This document shows positions 57,822 to 64,000 of a stretch of DNA of 64,000 nt, piece by piece. Each line of letters begins with the position of its first letter. The first letter of the stretch is position 1. Origin of the DNA: an uncultured cyanobacterium. Its GTDB lineage: Bacteria; Cyanobacteriota; Cyanobacteriia; PCC-9006; JAAUQQ01. The translations under genes were made by a program, and so were the position numbers. Below the pieces are notes generated by a model. That model did not search any database. It was not told the DNA's origin and was given only the letters and a program-made list of their open reading frames with translations. The stretch lies in contig OY970368.1 of the NCBI GenBank assembly GCA_963718615.1, positions 576,001 through 640,000 of the forward strand. Reading direction: 5' to 3'.

Positions 57822-59222
57822 CTAAGACCGCTCCAAAACCGCTAGGGACTCCACATGGGCCGTTTGGGGGAAGAAATCAGCCGGTTGAACCGGCTTGAGC
57901 TGGTACAACCCCCCTTCGCAAAGGATCTGGAGATCCCGTGCTAGGGTGGCGGGATTGCAACTCATGTAGGCAATGCGCTGGGGTTTTTGCTCCCTTAGGG
58001 TATCGAGAACGCGGCGATCGCATCCCTTCCGAGGGGGATCCAACACCACCACATCCGGCACCACTTCCAACGTCGGTAAAACCAATTCCACCGGCCCCAC
58101 CCGAAACTCCACATTACTAATGCCATTGAGCCGAGCATTGCGTTCCGCCTGCTGCACCGCCTGGGCCTGGGCCTCTAGGCCGATCACCTGGGCCACCTGC
58201 CGCGCCAGGGGCAACGACAGCGTTCCAACCCCGCAATAGGCATCAACGATCCGTTCGGACCCTTGCAGATTCAATGTCTCCACCAAAGCCGCGAGCAGCG
58301 CTTCCGCTTGCTCGGTATAGATTTGGAAAAAGGTTTCTGGGCCAATCTGAAACCGTAACCCTGCAAATTCCTCTTCCAGATAGGGCTGTCCGGCGACGCA
58401 ATGGGTGCGGGGACCGAGGATAACGTTGGTTTGGGAGGCGTTTTCATTGAGGCAAACGCCCACCAGATCTGGATAGCGATCGAGCCACACCTGGGCCTGG
58501 GCTTCAATGCCCGTCAAATCCGCATGGGTCGAGACCAAAGTCAGCAGCATCTGCCCCGTTCGTCGTCCAATGCGCAGACTCAAATGGCGCAACTCGCCCG
58601 AATGCTTTTTCTCACTGTAAATACTCCAGCCCCGGTCCTGGATATCCGCCTTGATGTCTGCCAGCAACGGATTGAGGCGATCGTCCTGCACCGGACAGCG
58701 ATTCAGATTAATCAACTGGTGGCTACCCTTGCGATAGTAGCCTGCCTTCACCTGACCCGTGCCCGACTCCCGCAGGGGATAGGTCGCCTTGTTGCGATAG
58801 CCCAACGACGCAGCGTTCGATAGCAACGGTAAAACATCCACGGCTTCAAACTTGCCAATCCGCTGCAGCGCATTCACCACCATCTGGCGCTTGGCCTCTC
58901 GCTGATACTCATAGTCCACATGCTGCCACTGACAGCCGCCGCAGCGATCGGCCACAATGCAATTGGGGCGCGTGCGGTAGGACGACGGCTGCAACAACGT
59001 CACCAATTGACCATAGCCATATTGAGGCTTGACCCGCACGAGGCGAACCAAGGCGCGATCGCCCGTTACCGTATCCGGCACAAACACCGCCCGCTGGGCA
59101 TAGCGTCCGACACCATCGCCGCGATCGCTCAAATCCGTAATCGTGACTTCGACCAACTGACCTTGCTGCCAGCCGTCCGCTCGTCCCTCTGTCCGTCCTT
59201 CCGTCCGTTCACTCACGTTCAT
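57822..59222 (-). CDS. rlmD: 23S rRNA (uracil1939-C5)-methyltransferase
   Basis: TRAM domain, CGGCQWQH, DAYCGVGT, LDPPRKG, YMSCNPATLARD, DFFPQTAHVE; start uncertain. Confidence 0.93.
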   Translation of the reverse strand: MNVSERTEGRTEGRADGWQQGQLVEVTITDLSDRGDGVGRYAQRAVFVPDTVTGDRALVRLVRVKPQYGYGQLVTLLQPSSYRTRPNCIVADRCGGCQWQHVDYEYQREAKRQMVVNALQRIGKFEAVDVLPLLSNAASLGYRNKATYPLRESGTGQVKAGYYRKGSHQLINLNRCPVQDDRLNPLLADIKADIQDRGWSIYSEKKHSGELRHLSLRIGRRTGQMLLTLVSTHADLTGIEAQAQVWLDRYPDLVGVCLNENASQTNVILGPRTHCVAGQPYLEEEFAGLRFQIGPETFFQIYTEQAEALLAALVETLNLQGSERIVDAYCGVGTLSLPLARQVAQVIGLEAQAQAVQQAERNARLNGISNVEFRVGPVELVLPTLEVVPDVVVLDPPRKGCDRRVLDTLREQKPQRIAYMSCNPATLARDLQILCEGGLYQLKPVQPADFFPQTAHVESLAVLERS

Positions 59223-59510
59223 TGCTTGCCCCAGAACCCAGCGGACTTCAACCTGACCGTCACGCCGCTGGAATGCGCTTAAAGATTGACTTGATTCAGT
59301 GTCGCACGTTTCAGGAGAGGGCAAGCAGGGGCGAATTTCCTAGGGAATTTACAGGGGCTTCGCCCTCCAGCGAGGGCGATCGCGTCGTGAAGCTTAATAA
59401 CTTCCGTAACAGATTGTTTCGCTCGTGCCGCCCAACTCGCTAAACTACAGGGAATAAGACCGCGATCCGCTGCGATCAAAATCATCTTCCTTAAAAAACT
59501 TGTCATAGAT

Positions 59511-60005
59511 ATGACTGTAGTAAGCCAAGTAATTCTGAAAGCTGATGACGAGCTGCGCTATCCCAGTAATGGCGAGCTGAGAAGCATTACCGACTTCTTC
59601 AAGACTGGCGAAATGCGGGTTCGCATTGCAGAAACGCTCACCGAGAGCGAGAAGAAAATTGTTGAGCAATCCAGCCGGAAACTCTGGCAAAAGCGCCCGG
59701 ACTTTATCTCTCCGGGGGGCAATGCCTATGGCCAAAAGCAGCGGGCCCAATGCCTGCGGGACTATGGCTGGTATCTGCGCCTGGTCACCTATGGGATTTT
59801 GGCCGGGGACAAGGATCCGATCGAGTCCATTGGTTTGCTCGGTGCGCGGGAAATGTATAACTCCCTAGGGGTACCGATGCCCGGAATGGTGGAAGCCATG
59901 CGCTGCATGAAAGAAGTGTCTCTGTCGCTCCTGAGCAGAGAGGAAGCCGCGATCGCCGAGCCTTACTTCGACTTCCTGATTCAAGGGATGGACACTGCTA
60001 TCTAG
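59511..60005 (+). CDS. apcD: allophycocyanin alpha-B subunit
   Basis: [34 protein letters not shown]. Confidence 0.95.
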   Translation: MTVVSQVILKADDELRYPSNGELRSITDFFKTGEMRVRIAETLTESEKKIVEQSSRKLWQKRPDFISPGGNAYGQKQRAQCLRDYGWYLRLVTYGILAGDKDPIESIGLLGAREMYNSLGVPMPGMVEAMRCMKEVSLSLLSREEAAIAEPYFDFLIQGMDTAI

Positions 60006-60027
60006 ATCGCTCCTCGGAGGCGAGCCC

Positions 60028-60276
60028 ATGTGTATTTGCGTAAACTGTCAGTATGTCGATCGCTGTACCACCTACCATGCGGTCGAAACCCAACATCAAC
60101 AGCCTCACTTAACGGAATCTCCGGATTTTGAAGCAGTGGAGCCCACCATTAATGTCAATATTCGTCAAGACGGCGAAATTATTGAAATGGAGTGGGATGT
60201 GGTCGGGTGTGAAAGTTTTACGGCGGATACAGGGCGCTGGGCTAAGCTCAGACCGGGGGAATTGGTCCCGACGTAG
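60028..60276 (+). CDS. ycf34: Ycf34 family protein
   Basis: MCICVNC.YVDRC.TYHAVE.QH...EWDVVGCESF. Confidence 0.93.
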   Translation: MCICVNCQYVDRCTTYHAVETQHQQPHLTESPDFEAVEPTINVNIRQDGEIIEMEWDVVGCESFTADTGRWAKLRPGELVPT

Positions 60277-60360
60277 CGATCGGAATTCCATCTGTGGGGA
60301 CATGGCATTGCCATGTCCCTACACTTTTGTTGCTCCTAATTTTCATGTTTTGACCTGCCC

Positions 60361-61080
60361 GTGACTGTTTCTTGGCGCTATGGTTTGGCGCTCCACACCA
60401 CGACCCCAGAGCTGGGGCTGGCGATCGCCCCGATCTCCCTCCCCCAACCTCAAGATCCAATTCCCGACTCAAGTCCTACCGCAAGTCCCGATCCGGCCCC
60501 GACGCCCCCCCGTTTCCAGGTCCTCGACTTAGGTCGCGATCTGGGGAATCAACTGCACCTGCGGCTGCAAGCGTTTCTCCAACCTCAAACCTGGCAGGAC
60601 CTCGGCTATGTGGCGATCGCCGCCGGCCCCGGTGGCTTTACCGGTACGCGCATGGGCATCGTCGTCGCTCGGACCTTAGCCCAGCAGCTCGATCTGCCGT
60701 TGTTTGCAGTGTCTACCCTAGCCGCCTATGCCGTTGCCCAGTGGGCGGGGGAAACCGTGGCGCGATCGCAAGCCATCGCCCTCTCCATGCGCGCCCAGCG
60801 GGGAGAACTTTTTACTGCCCTTTATCAACAACCAGACCCCCACCAGCTGCCCCAGGCAATCTGGCCTGACCAGGTGATGACACCAGAGGCTTGGGCAGCG
60901 CAGCAGGCAACCTGGAGTATGCCTAGGACGGTGATGACCGTTGAAGGAGGGATTGCGGCTTCGGTGACCCAGGTGTTGGCGATCGCCCAATGTCGCTATT
61001 ACATCGGAGAACGCCCCCACTGGAGCGAGGCCAGTCCTTTCTATGGTCAGCATCCTGTGGTCTTGGTCCCCACCCCCTAG
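60361..61080 (+). CDS. tsaB: tRNA threonylcarbamoyladenosine biosynthesis protein TsaB
   Basis: LALHTTTPELG, GPGGFTGTRMG, ARTLAQQL, AQRGELF. Confidence 0.9.
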   Translation: MTVSWRYGLALHTTTPELGLAIAPISLPQPQDPIPDSSPTASPDPAPTPPRFQVLDLGRDLGNQLHLRLQAFLQPQTWQDLGYVAIAAGPGGFTGTRMGIVVARTLAQQLDLPLFAVSTLAAYAVAQWAGETVARSQAIALSMRAQRGELFTALYQQPDPHQLPQAIWPDQVMTPEAWAAQQATWSMPRTVMTVEGGIAASVTQVLAIAQCRYYIGERPHWSEASPFYGQHPVVLVPTP

Positions 61081-61245
61081 GGGAGGCGGCTGCCCCCCAC
61101 TGATTTTGGGTTATCCGTGCAAAAATAGAAACATTCGGGTCGGGTCACTGACGAAGCGCCTAGAGAAACGCATCTATCAGGTTTTATTCTGGGAATTCTC
61201 TAACTATACGAAACCCTAAAATTGCTTTCGCTCGTCGTTTCTCAT

Positions 61246-61679
61246 CTAATCCTCCGAGAGACCCCTGGCTTTAGCCATGGGGAGGGATAGGAGCGCGACC
61301 GTGAGGGAGCAATTTGTGTTTCGCCCCAGAAGCTAAGACCTAAATCTACAAGATCTTTATGGAGCACAGCTTTCAACTATTCTAGAGTGGGTATGGAAAG
61401 CAAAAACCAAGCTTTCCCTTGCACCTTGAAAACTGAAGTTATGGGGTTCTGGTCAGGAATGCTTGGCCAGGTAAAAACTTCAAGCAACAAGTAGATGTCT
61501 TAGAGACACCGTACCGTGGGGCTCACGGAATCGGACCTCTGCAAAGGGGTGAAAGCCTGTGGACTTGAGTAAGACGGGAACATAGCAACGTTTGTTGTCG
61601 TGTACGCATCGTGAATGAAGCAGGAAATCTTTGGAGCAATCCGGAGAATCCCCCGGTTTCAACCGTGGGGAGTAGTCAA
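61246..61679 (+). mobile_element. non-autonomous IS200/IS605 (IS1341-like) miniature element with tnpA/tnpB deleted
   Basis: Left hairpin CCCCTGGCT-TT-AGCCATGGGG (61262-61282), right hairpin CCCCGGTT-TC-AACCGTGGGG (61651-61670), end GTCAA, residual TnpB tail TVGLTES..KACGLE*; left boundary approximate. Confidence 0.8.
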
Positions 61680-61699
61680 CGGGCCATGACTGCCTGAGC
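61505..61699 (+). ncRNA. putative TnpB omega-RNA (right-end RNA) scaffold plus flanking guide
   Basis: ACCGTGGGGCTCACGGAA...AAGCCTGTGGA...GAAGCAGGAA...right-end hairpin-GTCAA resembles tnpB 3' ends; limits approximate. Confidence 0.55.
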
Positions 61700-61721
61700 A
61701 GTCACATCTACGCAACCCCCT

Positions 61722-62345
61722 ATGCAGCTCAAGCTTCCCCCCTATCCCCATAAAATTCGTCGTACTCGCCGCACCAAACGCCGCCTGTCTTGGCGGCGGC
61801 TGGTGGTGGGTAGCTTGGCCGTTTCCGTCGTGTTTTTTGGGGCCCAGCGTCAATTCAAGCTGTGGACGCTTCCGGCCCAAGCCATTGTGGTTCTGGGTGG
61901 CGAGGTCAATCGCGAAAACTTTGCAGCCCGCATGGCCCAGCAGTATCCCGATTTACCGGTTTGGGTTTCCTCGGGCACCAATCCTGAATACGCCGAATGG
62001 GTTTTCCTAGAACAGGGAGGCATTGAACGCGATCGCCTCCATCTCGACTACCGGGCGGTCGATACTGTCACCAATTTCACAACCCTCGTGGGTGACCTGG
62101 AAGCCTCAGGCATCCACAAGATCTATCTCGTGACCTCCCGTTCCCACATGCGTCGCGCTCGCATCATTGGGGAAATTGTTCTCGGCAGCCGGGGCATTGT
62201 GATGGCTCCCGTGACCGTTCCCTCGGAGATGGCCCAAGAACCTCTAAAAAAATCTATCCGCGATGGCGTAAGAGCCTTTCTCTGGCTAGTGACCGGCTAT
62301 ACCGGAGCCGATCTACGAGATATTCTTCGCACTAACCATTTTTGA
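61722..62345 (+). CDS. YdcF/DUF218 family protein
   Basis: TM helix, IVVLGG, AVDTVTNF, LVTSRSHMRRA. Confidence 0.9.
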   Translation: MQLKLPPYPHKIRRTRRTKRRLSWRRLVVGSLAVSVVFFGAQRQFKLWTLPAQAIVVLGGEVNRENFAARMAQQYPDLPVWVSSGTNPEYAEWVFLEQGGIERDRLHLDYRAVDTVTNFTTLVGDLEASGIHKIYLVTSRSHMRRARIIGEIVLGSRGIVMAPVTVPSEMAQEPLKKSIRDGVRAFLWLVTGYTGADLRDILRTNHF

Positions 62346-62352
62346 AGAATCC

Positions 62353-63528
62353 TTATAAAGAACCCGCCACAGAGCTTAAAGAACCTGCTACAGAACCCGC
62401 ATTTGAAGCATCACCGTTTGCAGAAACCGTTGTTGCAATCGCACTTCGCAGAACCTGTTCCCGCTCAATCGCTTCAAATAAGGCGCGGAAATTACCTTCA
62501 CCAAATCCCTGGGCCTTGCGATCGCCCTGCACCGAATAGCGCTCGATCAGTTCAAGAAAAAATGTTGGCTGGGAAAATAAAGGATGGGTAAAAATCTGCA
62601 ATAGCGGGCTGCGGGGAGATTCCGGTTGCCAATCCACCAAAATTTGTTGTCTGGCGATCGCCTCCCAGTCCAGCCGCTGCGCTCCCCAATCGGCGCGCTG
62701 GCGAAGCTGCTGATAATAGGTGACCGGCGCATCCAAAAACGCAATGCCCTCCTGTCGGAGTTGGGCAATGGTTTGGGGCAAGTTTTCACAGCCCAGCGCT
62801 AGATGTTGAATCCCTGCGCCTCGATTCAAATCAATAAATTCCTGAATTTGCGAAGTCCTAGACGTGGGTTCATTAATGGGAAATTGAACCCGAGATTGGA
62901 CTGGATCAGTCGGTAGCGGCCCCAGCAATACTCGGCTCCGCAATCCCGACCAGGGCGTTTCGATCTGAAACTGCTGCTGAGGCTCAAAGGCAAACAGCCG
63001 ACTGTACCACTGCAACGCCTGGTCTAGCTCCCCCTTGGCAACATTGAGAACCACATGATCGACGTACCAGTCACGCTTAGATTGACTCGGTCCCGTCATG
63101 GACTCCACCGCTGAACGTTCCCCTTGAAACACCGTATGCTTCAGCGGCCCCCAGCCCGGTAGCTGCGCCCAAGCCTGGAGCCCAGGTCCATAGGGTAATA
63201 GGCCAGTGGTATCTGTGGTATCTGTAGTGAAAGGCAGCAGGGTCTGAATGCCTAACCCTTCGGCCCGACTCAGGAGCTGTTGCAAATCTGACACCACAAA
63301 GGCAACATCCACCACACCCGCCGGGTGCTGCTGAAGGTATCGAGCCACAGGACCGTCATGGCCTAAGGGCGAAGAAAAGACAAAACAGACCGAGCCCCGC
63401 ACCACGCGCTCATGCCGAGTGGTTGCGTCCTGTCCGCTGTAACGGCTCTCAAATCCCCAAACCTGGCAAAATTGCGATCGCCAAGCCCGAGCATCTTCAA
63501 CCCCAAAGTGGATATAGGCGATTTTCAT
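62353..63528 (-). CDS. hppD: 4-hydroxyphenylpyruvate dioxygenase
   Basis: VDHVVLNV, PINEP, SQIQEF, GAGIQHLAL, LLQIFT, FFLELIER, GFGEGNFRALFEAIE. Confidence 0.95.
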   Translation of the reverse strand: MKIAYIHFGVEDARAWRSQFCQVWGFESRYSGQDATTRHERVVRGSVCFVFSSPLGHDGPVARYLQQHPAGVVDVAFVVSDLQQLLSRAEGLGIQTLLPFTTDTTDTTGLLPYGPGLQAWAQLPGWGPLKHTVFQGERSAVESMTGPSQSKRDWYVDHVVLNVAKGELDQALQWYSRLFAFEPQQQFQIETPWSGLRSRVLLGPLPTDPVQSRVQFPINEPTSRTSQIQEFIDLNRGAGIQHLALGCENLPQTIAQLRQEGIAFLDAPVTYYQQLRQRADWGAQRLDWEAIARQQILVDWQPESPRSPLLQIFTHPLFSQPTFFLELIERYSVQGDRKAQGFGEGNFRALFEAIEREQVLRSAIATTVSANGDASNAGSVAGSLSSVAGSL

Positions 63529-63667
63529 GCCTGATATTTCAAACCCAAACCATACAACAGAGAGACCTTCGGTGGACCCTCCCTCACCATAGCGCGGGGG
63601 TTAGAGTTATCAGGAATTTAGGACAGGAAATCATCCAACAGAGAGAGTTAGACGGAATCCATAACGC

Positions 63668-64000
63668 TCAAAGGGTTAGATTCTTTAAATCACTACGAGG
63701 ATCCGTTGTTCGTGCCTCTTTGAGCGCTTCGTAAGCAGCTCGTTCTGGAGCCCCTAGGGTTTTGGGCACTGCAATCAAGACCTTGACCAACTGGTCCCCC
63801 CGACCATTACGTGTGGGCCAACCCTTGCCCCGCAACCGCAACGATTGGCCGGAACGGATTCCCGCTGGAATATTGACCGTTACTTTGCCATCAGGCGTCG
63901 GCACTTCAATCTGGGTTCCCAGCGCGGCCTCATCGGGGGCAATGGGGATTTCACAAACCAGATTTTCCCCTTCTAGCTGAAAAAAGCGATGGCTTTGCAA
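63668..64000 (-). CDS. DnaJ/CbpA-family chaperone, C-terminal part (truncated by window end)
   Basis: EAALGTQIEVPTPDG, GQSLRLRGKGWP, RGDQLV. Confidence 0.9.
   Translation of the reverse strand: MQSHRFFQLEGENLVCEIPIAPDEAALGTQIEVPTPDGKVTVNIPAGIRSGQSLRLRGKGWPTRNGRGDQLVKVLIAVPKTLGAPERAAYEALKEARTTDPRSDLKNLTL

Noticed and set aside
59511-60005. Far-red (FaRLiP/LoLiP) allophycocyanin
   Set aside because: Looks like conventional apcD in the rlmD-apcD-ycf34-tsaB context, with no paralogous apc, psa or rfp genes
61421-61437. rRNA-operon boxA-like GCACCTTGAAAACTGAA
   Set aside because: No rRNA or tRNA nearby; it lies inside the IS-derived element
1-64000. Frequent GCGATCGC octamer as a novel repeat
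   Set aside because: This is the well-known cyanobacterial HIP1 sequence

Overview
Cyanobacterial chromosome segment: abundant HIP1 GCGATCGC, apcD and ycf34; the GC-rich core genes suggest a non-heterocystous lineage (inference). The left ~29.4 kb is a biosynthetic island. Its core is a minus-strand iterative PKS/FAS operon in heterocyst-glycolipid (hgl) gene order: hglE(+F) with 4 ACPs, an extra SDR, hglG, fused hglD-hglC, hglA/pfaD, a split hglB (ACP and thioester reductase) and a hetN-like SDR lacking RGSGR. The core continues into a tailoring block not part of the canonical hgl island: 2 GT2/GT21-like glycosyltransferases (one apparently catalytically degenerate), 3 sulfotransferases, 2 methyltransferases (one TylF), an MFS transporter and an unknown protein. 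I infer a sulfated and/or O-methylated long-chain glycolipid. After a 1.6 kb intergenic region with an NtcA-like palindrome come a very acidic beta-rich protein and a PEP-CTERM protein. The rest is mostly housekeeping: dnaB, rplI, a patA-cheY-cheW-MCP-cheA taxis cluster, avtA, trmD, RNase II, rpsR, rpmG, moeA, a Ser/Thr kinase, pheT, rlmD, apcD, ycf34, tsaB, hppD and a partial dnaJ. A ~430 bp non-autonomous IS200/IS605 element there retains the TnpB omega-RNA end. All family calls come from motif recognition, not database searches.
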